From assembly GCA_016214985.1 (NCBI GenBank), contig JACRMM010000029.1:25938-57937 (forward strand): a stretch of DNA of 32,000 nucleotides. The letters are read 5' to 3'. Positions 9,542-18,199 of this stretch are shown one piece after another. Position 1 is the first letter of the stretch. Each line of letters starts with the position of its first letter. The notes under the pieces were generated by a model. It did no database searches and was not told the origin of the DNA. It saw only the letters and a list, made by a program, of their open reading frames with translations. The DNA is from Deltaproteobacteria bacterium (GTDB lineage: Bacteria; Desulfobacterota; Deferrisomatia; Deferrisomatales; JACRMM01). Both the position numbers and the translations under genes were made by a program.

Positions 9542-10156
9542 TCAGGCTCGCGCGACGCGCAGCGCGGGCTTCGGGGGAGGAGGCGAGGGTTCGGCGCCCT
9601 CCCAGCGGCGGTAGAGGTGGTGCTCGACACCGAAGGCGTCGAGCACCTTGCCCACGGTCTGGTCGATGATCTCCTGCACCGTGGTGGGGCGATGGTACCA
9701 GGCCACCATGGGCGGCAGGATCATGGCGCCGAGGTCGGCGGCCTTGAGCATCAGTTCCAGATGACCCTTGTGCAGGGGCGTCTCCCGGGGCAGGAGCACG
9801 AGCCGGCGCCGCTCCTTGAGGGCCACGTCCGCCGCGCGGTTGAGGAGGTTTTCGTTGTAGGAGTGGACGATGCCAGAGAGCGTCTTCATGGAGCACGGCA
9901 CCACGGCCATCCCCTCGGTGAGGAAGGAGCCGCTGGCGATGGAGGCCGCGATGTTCTCCACGTCGTGCACGCAGCTCGCCAGCCGTTCGACATCGGCAAC
10001 CTTCCAGTCGGTCTCGAGCTCGATGTTGCGGCGGCCGGGGTGGGTGAGCACGAGGTGCGTCTCCACGTTCGTGCGGGCGAGGACCTCCAGCAGGCGCACG
10101 CCGTAGATGACGCCAGTGGCGCCGGAGATACCGACCACGATTCGTCTCTTCTTCAT
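9542..10156 (-). CDS. ubiX: UbiX family flavin prenyltransferase
   Basis: MKKRRIVVGISGATGVIYGVRLLEVL...GMAVVPCSMKTLSGI...NLLNRAADVALKERRRLVLLPRETPL. Overlaps the upstream ubiD-like gene by 4 nt. Confidence 0.95.
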   Translation of the reverse strand: MKKRRIVVGISGATGVIYGVRLLEVLARTNVETHLVLTHPGRRNIELETDWKVADVERLASCVHDVENIAASIASGSFLTEGMAVVPCSMKTLSGIVHSYNENLLNRAADVALKERRRLVLLPRETPLHKGHLELMLKAADLGAMILPPMVAWYHRPTTVQEIIDQTVGKVLDAFGVEHHLYRRWEGAEPSPPPPKPALRVARA

Positions 10157-11508
10157 GGGGTGTGCCTCCCTGACAGAAGCGTTCTGGCCCGCTCCAAGGC
10201 GTCGGGACGGAGCGTCGCCGGGCGCCGGCCGCGCACGCGCTCGTAGCCCGTGGCGTCGAGGGCGATCTTGGCCGTGCGGAAGGGCTCGGGACACGAGGGA
10301 TCGATCGGCAGGGCCTTGAGGTCGCTCAGGATCATCGCGTCCTGATCGGGTTGAAACCGGGTGGCCAGCGCCCACTCCACGTGCACGAGGTCTCGAGGAT
10401 CCACGTCCTCGGCGACCGCCACCACCTTCTTTACCACGCCCAGCGTCAGCAGTTGGAGGAGCAAACTGCGAATCTGTTCGCGGGGCGCCGGCGCCAGGCG
10501 AACGACGAGCGAGGTCCCGCAGGTTCCGGGGACGAAGAAGAACTGCTGAGCGAAGGGAAAAAGACTGCGCACCCGGGGCGCAATGTTGGCTTCGGAGACC
10601 ACGGCGAGGAGCAGGTCCCCCTCCCGGCCAGTGGGGAGGAGGGCGTGGTACAGGGGGTCAGCCCGGTGGTAGATGCGGCGGACCCGAAACGTCGGGGTGC
10701 CGGGGAAGACGAGCGAGTATCCCCCTACCTCGCCCATGGGGCCGTCCGGGCGCTCGTCCTGTGGGTCCACCTCTCCTTCCAGGAGGAACTCCGCTCGGGC
10801 CGGTACCGGAATGCCCGTGAGGGGTGCGGCGACCACCTCGACCGGCTGGCCGTGAAGCCCTCCGGCCACGGCGAGCTTGTCCACGCCCGGGACTCCTCGC
10901 AGCGCGAATGACGCGAAGGTGAGGGGGTCGACGCCAAGCGCCACCGCCATCGGCATGGGTCGCCCCTGGGCCTTGAAGCGGGCGTAGAGCTGGGACAAGG
11001 GCGGGTTGACGAGGGCGACCCCCAACTCCCTCTCCCCGCGCAGTCCCATCCGGTGAATCCCCCGGGCGACGTCGCCGGTCTCCGGGGAGAGGGCCGACAC
11101 GAGACCGGTCGTGATGTAGGGGCCGGAGTCCTCCTGGCAATGGGTGAGGAGGGGGAGGATCCGTTCTATGGAGAGATCCGCCGGCGCCGCGCGCTCCAAG
11201 ACGGGTGCCGCTTCGGTCGAGCGAGTGGGAATGGGGTGGGAGAGTCGGCGTGCGAACTCCCCGGCCAGATCGGTCTCGTCGACGCCCATGGCCCAGGCCA
11301 GCACCTCCCGGCCGAAGATGACATTGCCCACCACCGGGACCCCAGGACCGTTGACGTGCGAGAAGTAGACGGCACCTTCCCCCCGCCGATCGGCCTCTGT
11401 CAGGACCGCCGCAACCTCGTGAGCGGGAGACACCGGCTCTGCCACCTCCAGCAGCCGGCCCCGACTCCTCAGCTCCGCCACGGTCTGCCGCAGATCTTCG
11501 AAGCCCAC
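10153..11508 (-). CDS. UbiD family (de)carboxylase paralogue 3 (451 aa)
   Basis: UbiD-family sequence (YFSHVNG, HRMGLRG, APLTGIPVPARAEFLLEGEV, DGPMGEVGGY). Confidence 0.9.
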   Translation of the reverse strand: MGFEDLRQTVAELRSRGRLLEVAEPVSPAHEVAAVLTEADRRGEGAVYFSHVNGPGVPVVGNVIFGREVLAWAMGVDETDLAGEFARRLSHPIPTRSTEAAPVLERAAPADLSIERILPLLTHCQEDSGPYITTGLVSALSPETGDVARGIHRMGLRGERELGVALVNPPLSQLYARFKAQGRPMPMAVALGVDPLTFASFALRGVPGVDKLAVAGGLHGQPVEVVAAPLTGIPVPARAEFLLEGEVDPQDERPDGPMGEVGGYSLVFPGTPTFRVRRIYHRADPLYHALLPTGREGDLLLAVVSEANIAPRVRSLFPFAQQFFFVPGTCGTSLVVRLAPAPREQIRSLLLQLLTLGVVKKVVAVAEDVDPRDLVHVEWALATRFQPDQDAMILSDLKALPIDPSCPEPFRTAKIALDATGYERVRGRRPATLRPDALERARTLLSGRHTP

Positions 11509-11512
11509 GGGC

Positions 11513-11770
11513 CTACCGCCACGCCTCGGGGATCTTGTCGACGAAGGAGACCACCTCGATCGACCAGGGCTTGCCCACCCACTGACCGCGGCCGAGCCGG
11601 GGCCAGAGACGGTCGGGGTACCGATCGGGGTTGTTCGAGATCTTGGCCCGCACGCACTTGCAGCAGTACTTGGCCCGCCCGGGTGTGAGGTCTCGGATCG
11701 TCATGTCCTGCTCGGTTTCGAACACCGCCTCTTCGAGGTCAGTGAGGATGAAGGTGTCGTACTCTCGCAT
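11513..11770 (-). CDS. ppcC: Small (85 aa) protein, putative phenylphosphate carboxylase gamma-like subunit
   Basis: 85-aa acidic/Cys-containing ORF (KYCCKCVRAKI) directly downstream of the UbiD/HAD/UbiD gene set. Size and position match the ~10 kDa subunit of Thauera-type phenylphosphate carboxylase. Assigned mainly on context. Confidence 0.6.
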   Translation of the reverse strand: MREYDTFILTDLEEAVFETEQDMTIRDLTPGRAKYCCKCVRAKISNNPDRYPDRLWPRLGRGQWVGKPWSIEVVSFVDKIPEAWR

Positions 11771-11866
11771 AGGGGACTCCTCGTTGGCTGTCAGCGATCA
11801 GCGGTCCGCTCTCAGCTACTTCTGCTCTGGCCTCAGGCTAAGCGCTGAGATCGGATTGCTGGGTGC

Positions 11867-13315
11867 TCAGTCTTTGAACCCGTAATTCGTCCAGTTGTCC
11901 AGCACCTTCTTCTTGATGTCTTCCGGGTAGACCTTGTCGAACGAGACGAGGATCGGAATGTCGGACTTCTTCCAGTCGAGCGGAGTGAGGCAGTCGAAGA
12001 GCACCTTCGATCCCTTGCCGATCTTTCGCTCGCTCATGGGTGCGAACGGGTTCAGGGGGGTGCCGGCCGAGTTCTTGTACACGTGGATGCCGTCGACCGG
12101 GTGGCACTTGGTCGACAGGGCGTGGATCACCTTGTCCTTGTCGTAGATGTCGGTGTCCTGGTCCACGACGACCGCCATGTGGAACCAGGGGCCGAGCTTG
12201 CTGCCGAAGATCAGCTGGGCGATCTGGCTCGCGATGCCGGCGTAGGCGTTGCGCGTGCCGATCACCACGAGGTGGTGGGTCGACTCGGGCCACATGTAGA
12301 CGCCTGTGATCGGGATTCCCTGACTGCGCAGGAGTTTGTCCATCTCGAGGCCGAGCGAGAAGGAGCGCAGGAGCTGTCCCTCGTCGGTGGGCACGCCCAT
12401 GCACGAGACCGGCACGATCGGCCGGTTCCGGTGGGTGATGGCCCGGACCCGGTACACGGTGCGCGGCTCCCGAGGGGAGGTCCGGTAGCCCGTGTACTCC
12501 CCGAAGGGGGCCTCGTCGAGGGCGATGTTGGGCAGGATGTCGCCCTCGATGATGATCTCGGCGTGCGCCGGGACGTAGAGGTCGCTCAGCTCGCACTTCA
12601 CCATCTCGACCCCCTCGCCCATGAGCATCCCGCAGAACTCGTCCTCCGGGATCTGGGCAGGGGCGCAGGCGGCGATGCCGGCCAGGGGATCCATGCCGAT
12701 CACGGTGGCAAACGGCATGGGCTCGTTGCGGGGCACCGCCTTGTTCCAGAACATCTTGCCCATGTCGGAGAAGGGCAGCACGGGGCCCACCATGGTCCTC
12801 TCGTCGAAGACCATCTGGCGGTACATGCCCCAGTTGATGGCCCCGTCGTCCGGGTCCTTGGCCACGATCATGTGCCACGTCGAGAGGTAGCGCCCGCCGT
12901 CGCCCTCGTGGACCATGGGCGCGGGGAGGTCGAAGAGGTTCACGGCGTCGCCGGTGATCACGTTCTCCTTGCACGGCGCCCGGCTCCGGTCGACGAGCAC
13001 CGGCTTGTGGGGAGTGCCCCGGTCGGTGCGGTCGAGGTAGACCTGGGCGATCTGGGGGATGGGGGTCTCCGGGGGGAGACCGAGGGAGATCGCGAGCTTC
13101 CGGTAGGTGGCCAGGGGCGCACCGAAGGCCTCGAACCCGGGGTAGTCCTTGATCTTCTTGAAGTAGGGGGAGGGCGCCTGCTTTTCGCAGACGCGGCGCA
13201 CGATGGCGCCCATCTCCATGTCCCAGTCCACTTCCTGCTTCACCGTGACCAGGTCCCCGGACTTCTTCAGAGCCTTGATGAACTCGCGATTGTCCTTGTA
13301 GTACTTGTGTGGCAT
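11867..13315 (-). CDS. ppcB: UbiD family carboxylase, phenylphosphate carboxylase alpha-like subunit (482 aa)
   Basis: MPHKYYKDNREFIKALKKSGDLVTVKQEVDWDMEMGAIVRR...NWGMYRQMVFDERTMGP...LDEAPFGEYTGYR. Size fits the 54 kDa subunit. Confidence 0.78.
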   Translation of the reverse strand: MPHKYYKDNREFIKALKKSGDLVTVKQEVDWDMEMGAIVRRVCEKQAPSPYFKKIKDYPGFEAFGAPLATYRKLAISLGLPPETPIPQIAQVYLDRTDRGTPHKPVLVDRSRAPCKENVITGDAVNLFDLPAPMVHEGDGGRYLSTWHMIVAKDPDDGAINWGMYRQMVFDERTMVGPVLPFSDMGKMFWNKAVPRNEPMPFATVIGMDPLAGIAACAPAQIPEDEFCGMLMGEGVEMVKCELSDLYVPAHAEIIIEGDILPNIALDEAPFGEYTGYRTSPREPRTVYRVRAITHRNRPIVPVSCMGVPTDEGQLLRSFSLGLEMDKLLRSQGIPITGVYMWPESTHHLVVIGTRNAYAGIASQIAQLIFGSKLGPWFHMAVVVDQDTDIYDKDKVIHALSTKCHPVDGIHVYKNSAGTPLNPFAPMSERKIGKGSKVLFDCLTPLDWKKSDIPILVSFDKVYPEDIKKKVLDNWTNYGFKD

Positions 13316-13434
13316 GAGTCGCTCCGCTATGGCTGGAAAGCTTGAAAGCCAGAGGGCTCGAAGGCCTGGAACAAGGAGGACCTAAGGCAGAAGAGAGTCT
13401 TCTGGCCTCCCAGCTTCCCAGCCTTCCAGCCGTT

Positions 13435-13977
13435 TCATCCCCATCCCTTGGCGCTGACCTTGTCGACGAGCCCCTGCCACTTGCCTTGGGCGCGCAGGAT
13501 GAACTCCCCGAGCTCCCGGAGCACTCCCTGCCCGCCGGCGCGCCGGGTCACGAGGTGGGAGGCCTCCTGCACCTCCGGCACGCCGTTTGCCGGCGACACC
13601 GCGAAGCCCACCGATCGCATCACTCCCAGGTCGATGATCTCGTCGCCCACGAAGCAGATCTGGTCCAGGGCGAGCCCCATCTCGTCGGCCACCTCCTGGA
13701 GCTTCGTGGCCTTGTCCTTGGCCTGGATCACTCGCTTGATCCCCACCTCGGCCGCGCGCAGCTCGACGATCTTCGACTTGCGGGTCATGAGGGCCACTTC
13801 GATCCCGAGCATCATGAGGCAGTTGGCCCCGAATCCGTCGTCGTGGCAGAAGGCCTGGAACTTCATGCCATCCTCGTTGTAGAGGACGACCCCCGTCGTC
13901 AGGACGCCGTGAACGTCCAGTACGACCATCTTGATCTTCTTTGCCCGCTCGATGGCGTCCATGAAGTCGTATGCCAT
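13435..13977 (-). CDS. ppcD: HAD-superfamily (KdsC-like) protein, phenylphosphate carboxylase delta-like subunit
   Basis: IKMVVLDVHGVLTTGVVLYNEDG...VALMTRKS...FVGDEIIDLGVM, HAD motifs I, II and IV. ~18-19 kDa, located between two ubiD-like genes. Confidence 0.78.
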   Translation of the reverse strand: MAYDFMDAIERAKKIKMVVLDVHGVLTTGVVLYNEDGMKFQAFCHDDGFGANCLMMLGIEVALMTRKSKIVELRAAEVGIKRVIQAKDKATKLQEVADEMGLALDQICFVGDEIIDLGVMRSVGFAVSPANGVPEVQEASHLVTRRAGGQGVLRELGEFILRAQGKWQGLVDKVSAKGWG

Positions 13978-14053
13978 GACCGCGAATCTCCTTGTCGTCT
14001 GTGGTTTCGAGTTCCCAGTTCCCAGTTCTGGACCCCCTCGTCCCTGACCCCCC

Positions 14054-15472
14054 CTAGTCCAGCCCCAGCTCCGACCACCTCGCCTTGACCTTGTCCAGCA
14101 TCTCCTTGGACATCTCCACCTGCACCGGCTTGTCCTTCCACTCGAAGGGGATGGTGGCGTCCATGATGATGCGGGACGTAATGAACTTGTTGACGTTGTC
14201 GTGCAACGCCGGGTCCAGGGGGGTGGAGCGGCCGCGGTGGATGATCTGGGTTCCGCGTTCGGCGTCGTAGCGTGTGGCCAATGCCCACCAGACCCGGGGC
14301 AGGTCGTCGGCCCGAATGTCGTCGTCGACGATGATGAGGCCCTTCAGCCCGTACGTGCACGTATTGCTCGCGATCACCGCGGCGGCAACCTGGTTCGAGT
14401 GGCCCGGGTACATCTGCTTGACCGAGACGATGGCCCAGAATCGGCCGCAGGCCTCGGGCGGCATGTAGACGGACTGGATGCCGGGGATGCCCATCTTCGT
14501 GAGCTCGGTCCACAGGGTCGCGTTTCGCACGAAGGCCAGCATCATGTGGTTGTCGTTCACCGGCCGACCGACCGAAGCGGCGAGGAAGATCGGGTTGTTG
14601 CGGTGGTAGATCCGCTGGACCTCGATCGCGGGCTTCAAGACCGGCTTGTAGATCTCCTCGGTGTAGTAGCCCGTGTACTCGCCGAAGGGACCTTCGGGCC
14701 GCAGGTTGTCGCCGTCGATATAGCCCTCGAGCACCCACTCGGCCGTGGCCGGGATCGGCAGCCCCGTGAGCGGCGCCTTCACGATCTCCACCGGCTCCCC
14801 GCGCAGCGTGCCCACGATGTCGTATTCGTTGGCGTTCTCCACCATGGCGCTGCCCGCGAGCATCAGGAGCGGGTCGCACCCCACGATCATGCACACGGGC
14901 ATCTTCTTGCCCATCTTCCGGTACTTCTGGAGGATGCGGTCTCCTCGCTTCCCCTTGAGGATCTGGGCGCCGACGGTTTTCGAATCGAGCACCTGGCTGC
15001 GGTAGGTGCCGAGGTTGATCTCTCCGGTCTCCGGGTCCTGGACGACCATGAAGCAGGCTGTGCCGATGTAGCGGCCGCCGTCCTTCTCGTAGAACTTCGG
15101 GGCCGGGATCTTGAAGATGTCGACGGCGTCGCCCTCGATGACGTTCTCGAAGACGGGGCCGGTTTCCACCTCCCGAGCCCGGATGACCTCGCCCACGGAG
15201 AGCTTCATCCACTCGTAGGAGAGCTCGCACATGGTCAGGTTCGTGGGCCTCCCGAGCACCAGGGCCAGACGCTTGGTGCTGCTGTAGGCGCCGAACATCA
15301 CGGACATCGACCGGTCGTGGCCCTTGACGTTCTCGAAGACGAGCGCCGGCCCGTCCTTCTCCTCGACGAGCTTGGCGATGTGGCTCATCTCGAGGTTCCA
15401 GTCCACCTCGGCCGTGACCCGCTTGAGGTCGCCTTCCTTCTCGCAGAGGGCGATGAAGTCGCGCATATCCAT
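14054..15472 (-). CDS. ppcA: UbiD family carboxylase, phenylphosphate carboxylase beta-like subunit (472 aa)
   Basis: MDMRDFIALCEKEGDLKRVTAEVDWNLEMSHIAKLV...NLGTYRSQVLD...RPEGPFGEYTGYY. ATG with GGAGG six nt upstream. Confidence 0.78.
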   Translation of the reverse strand: MDMRDFIALCEKEGDLKRVTAEVDWNLEMSHIAKLVEEKDGPALVFENVKGHDRSMSVMFGAYSSTKRLALVLGRPTNLTMCELSYEWMKLSVGEVIRAREVETGPVFENVIEGDAVDIFKIPAPKFYEKDGGRYIGTACFMVVQDPETGEINLGTYRSQVLDSKTVGAQILKGKRGDRILQKYRKMGKKMPVCMIVGCDPLLMLAGSAMVENANEYDIVGTLRGEPVEIVKAPLTGLPIPATAEWVLEGYIDGDNLRPEGPFGEYTGYYTEEIYKPVLKPAIEVQRIYHRNNPIFLAASVGRPVNDNHMMLAFVRNATLWTELTKMGIPGIQSVYMPPEACGRFWAIVSVKQMYPGHSNQVAAAVIASNTCTYGLKGLIIVDDDIRADDLPRVWWALATRYDAERGTQIIHRGRSTPLDPALHDNVNKFITSRIIMDATIPFEWKDKPVQVEMSKEMLDKVKARWSELGLD

Positions 15473-15518
15473 GGTGTTCCTCCGGCTGGCAGCGGTGAGC
15501 GGTCAAACAATGGTTGGA

Positions 15519-15547
15519 ATGCTAGTCGACCCCTCGGGGTGGGTCAA
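15519..15547 (-). promoter_or_regulatory. Candidate sigma70 promoter for the carboxylase-subunit genes
   Basis: Minus strand: TTGACC (15547-15542), 17-nt spacer, TAGCAT (15524-15519), 47 nt upstream of the 472-aa CDS. The interrupted palindrome CATAA-GT-TTATG (15552-15563) lies just upstream of the -35. Confidence 0.4.
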
Positions 15548-15602
15548 TTCACATAAGTTTATGCGATCTATAAGGAGAACTATGAGAGGCGGGATCGAAT
15601 GG

Positions 15603-16601
15603 TCAGACGCGCGGCGGCTCTCGCCTCCTCGCCGCGATCTTGCCGACGAGGTACGCGTCCGTCGCAAGGTGCACGATGTGGTGGACGACGCAGAAGACCA
15701 GGGCCTGACCCTGGGTCGGGAAGAGCGCGGTCTGGACGAGCACGGCGATCGGGAGGGTCTTCTGCCCTCCCATGAACCACACGACCTCCCGTCGGCCCGG
15801 TCCGAGCCTCGCCGCCTTCGCGCACCCTGCTGCCGTCAGGAGCAGCACGGCGTGGAAAGAGAAGGCGAGGGCACAGGACACCGCCGCCGCGGCGGAAGCG
15901 GCCCGGATGGTGGCGTGAGAACGCGAGAGCGCGATCCATACCACGGCGAGCACGAGGCACTGGTTGATGCTTGCGATCCCTGCCGGAAGGCGGAGCCCGG
16001 CCGCCGCCGATACCCTGCGGAGCCCCATCCCGATCACGAGCGGCAGCGCGACCAGGATCGCCAGATCTCCCGCGAGGGCAGAGGTGTCGAGGGCCGCCGC
16101 CGCCGTGTCCCGAGCTGTTCCGAGCAGCCACTCGAGCGATAGGGGGATGGTGAGGATTCCCAGCCAGCTGGCGGCCACTGTCACAACCAGCGAGGTCGCG
16201 AGGTTGCCGCCCGCGAGCGCCCCCATGACGACCCCGCTGCTCAGCGTCGTGGGCATGATGGAGACGAGAAGGAGGCCGATGCGGATCCCAGGTTCGAGGG
16301 GCAGGAGGCTGTGGGCCAGGGCCACGAGGGGGGCCCCGACGAAGATGACGGCAAGGGACACGGCGAGGACCCGGACGTCGGCGAGCCCTCTCCGGGCCTG
16401 ACGGCCGTCCAGCCCCAGCCCGGAGAACAGAAACATGAGGAACGCGCAGACCTGTGCTCCCCTCCTCGCGCCGAGCCACCGGCCCGCCCCCACCACGAGG
16501 CCGCTTCGGTCGGCGGCGGTCAGGGCGGCGAGGCCGAGCAGCGCGAGCAGAAACCAGTGCCTGCGCAGGACGTCCGGGGAGAACTGCCGAAGGCCCGTCA
16601 C
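15603..16601 (-). CDS. Bile acid:sodium symporter (BASS/SLC10A7-like) family permease
   Basis: Hydrophobic multi-TM protein with SIMPTTLSSGVVMGALAGGNLATSLV and VWFMGGQKTLPIAVLVQ motifs of this family. Confidence 0.85.
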   Translation of the reverse strand: MTGLRQFSPDVLRRHWFLLALLGLAALTAADRSGLVVGAGRWLGARRGAQVCAFLMFLFSGLGLDGRQARRGLADVRVLAVSLAVIFVGAPLVALAHSLLPLEPGIRIGLLLVSIMPTTLSSGVVMGALAGGNLATSLVVTVAASWLGILTIPLSLEWLLGTARDTAAAALDTSALAGDLAILVALPLVIGMGLRRVSAAAGLRLPAGIASINQCLVLAVVWIALSRSHATIRAASAAAAVSCALAFSFHAVLLLTAAGCAKAARLGPGRREVVWFMGGQKTLPIAVLVQTALFPTQGQALVFCVVHHIVHLATDAYLVGKIAARRREPPRV

Positions 16602-16653
16602 GGGAGCGCCGTCCTCGTCCGTGGGCTCGGGGCGGTCGGAGGGCGTCGCCCGG

Positions 16654-18180
16654 CTAATCCGAAAGCCCGGTGAGGCGGTTCTTCTGGATCTTGCCCATCG
16701 CGTTTCGCGGCAGGGCAGGAATGGGGTGGATCTGCTTCGGGCACTTGTAGCCCGCGAGCTTCCCTCGGCAGAGGGCGATCAGTTCGGCCTCCGGCGGCAG
16801 GTCGGTTCCCTCTTTCGGTGCGACGAAGGCGACGACCTTCTCACCGAAGTCCTCGTCCGGGAGGCCGATTACGGCGGCCTCCTTCACGGCCTCGTGGCTC
16901 TCCAGGACGTTTTCGATCTCCTTCGGGTACACGTTGTACCCGCCCGTGATGATGAGCTCCTTGCCCCGGCCGACCAGGAAGAGCCGTCCCCCGTCCGCCG
17001 GGTCTTGATAACCCAGGTCCCCCGAGCGGAACCAGGCGCCCGCGAAGGACTCTGCGGTTTTTTCGGGCATCTCCCAGTAGCCCTTGAAGACGTTGTCGCC
17101 CCGGATCCACACCTCACCCACGTCGCCCGGCCGAACGTCGGCGCCGTCCGGACCCACGACCCGGATCGCTACGCCCGGGAGCGGATAGCCGACGCTCTTG
17201 GCCACGCGGCCGGCGGGGTCAATGAGGTTCGAGGTGTTCATGCCGGTCTCGGTCATGCCGTAGCGTTCCAAGATCCGAAAGCCCGTGGCGGCCTCGAATC
17301 GGTGGAAGAGGTTGTCGGAGAGGGGGGCCGAGCCCGAGATGAACACCCGCATCCGGCCGAGGTCGGGCTTTCGTTCGAGGGCCTCCCACTCGCTCATCAG
17401 GCGCTGGTAGACCGTGGGGACGGCCATGAGGAGCGTGCACCGCTCCCGTTCCAGGGCCTCCCACGCTCGCCGGGGCTCGAACTTTTCGTCCATGATCAGG
17501 GTCCCGCCCGCGTGGAGGCTCCCGTGGGTCGCCACGTTGAGTCCGTGCACGTGGAAGAGCGGCAGCACGTGGAGGAGCACGTCCCGGTCCGTCCACTGCC
17601 ACGCCTCTTGGAGCGAGAGCAGGTTGGCCACGAGGTTTCGGTGGGTGATCATGGCGCCCTTGGAGCGGCCCGTGGTGCCCGACGTATAGCAGATCATCGC
17701 CGTATCGTCCCCGACGGCGTCGTAGGGGCGACGAAAATCGGTCGGCGCGTTTGCCAACGCGGCTCCGAGACTCCCGGCGGCGGAGCCCTCGTTCCCGTCC
17801 GCTAGGAGCACCCGGAGCGCCCCCAGCCCCGTCAGGGCGTCGGCCACCCTCGCGAACCTCTCGCGGTCGGTCACGAAGAGGGAGCTTCCGGAGTCGGAGA
17901 GGAAGTACGCGACCTCCTCGGCCCGATAGTCGGAGTTCAGCGGCAGCGTGATCGCCCCGAGGGAGAGCGTGGCAAAATGAAGGAAGAGAAACTCCACGCG
18001 CTTCGGGAGTTGGAGGGCGACCCGGTCCCCCGTCCCGATCCCCAGGGAAGAGAGCGCGGCCGCGTAGCGCTCCACCTCGTGGTCGAAGGCCGCGTAGGTG
18101 TATGGTACGCCTTCGAAGACGAGGGCGGTCTTGTCGGGGCGCTTCGCGGCGTTCTCCGAGATCCGGCGGGCGAGGTTCAT
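16654..18180 (-). CDS. AMP-forming acyl/aryl-CoA ligase (ANL superfamily)
   Basis: MICYTSGTTGRSKGAMITHRNL (P-loop), ERYGMTETG, WFRSGDLG, GRGKELIITGGYNVYPKEIE, NAMGKIQKN. Confidence 0.92.
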   Translation of the reverse strand: MNLARRISENAAKRPDKTALVFEGVPYTYAAFDHEVERYAAALSSLGIGTGDRVALQLPKRVEFLFLHFATLSLGAITLPLNSDYRAEEVAYFLSDSGSSLFVTDRERFARVADALTGLGALRVLLADGNEGSAAGSLGAALANAPTDFRRPYDAVGDDTAMICYTSGTTGRSKGAMITHRNLVANLLSLQEAWQWTDRDVLLHVLPLFHVHGLNVATHGSLHAGGTLIMDEKFEPRRAWEALERERCTLLMAVPTVYQRLMSEWEALERKPDLGRMRVFISGSAPLSDNLFHRFEAATGFRILERYGMTETGMNTSNLIDPAGRVAKSVGYPLPGVAIRVVGPDGADVRPGDVGEVWIRGDNVFKGYWEMPEKTAESFAGAWFRSGDLGYQDPADGGRLFLVGRGKELIITGGYNVYPKEIENVLESHEAVKEAAVIGLPDEDFGEKVVAFVAPKEGTDLPPEAELIALCRGKLAGYKCPKQIHPIPALPRNAMGKIQKNRLTGLSD

Positions 18181-18199
18181 CTCGGTCCTCCTCCTTCCC

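Noticed and set aside
11838-15506. Long alternative-frame ORFs (11838..12974 -, 13899..15506 -, 14201..15556 +, 12083..13345 +)
   Set aside because: Overlap the UbiD-like and HAD genes; composition is shadow-like, and the real frames carry family motifs.
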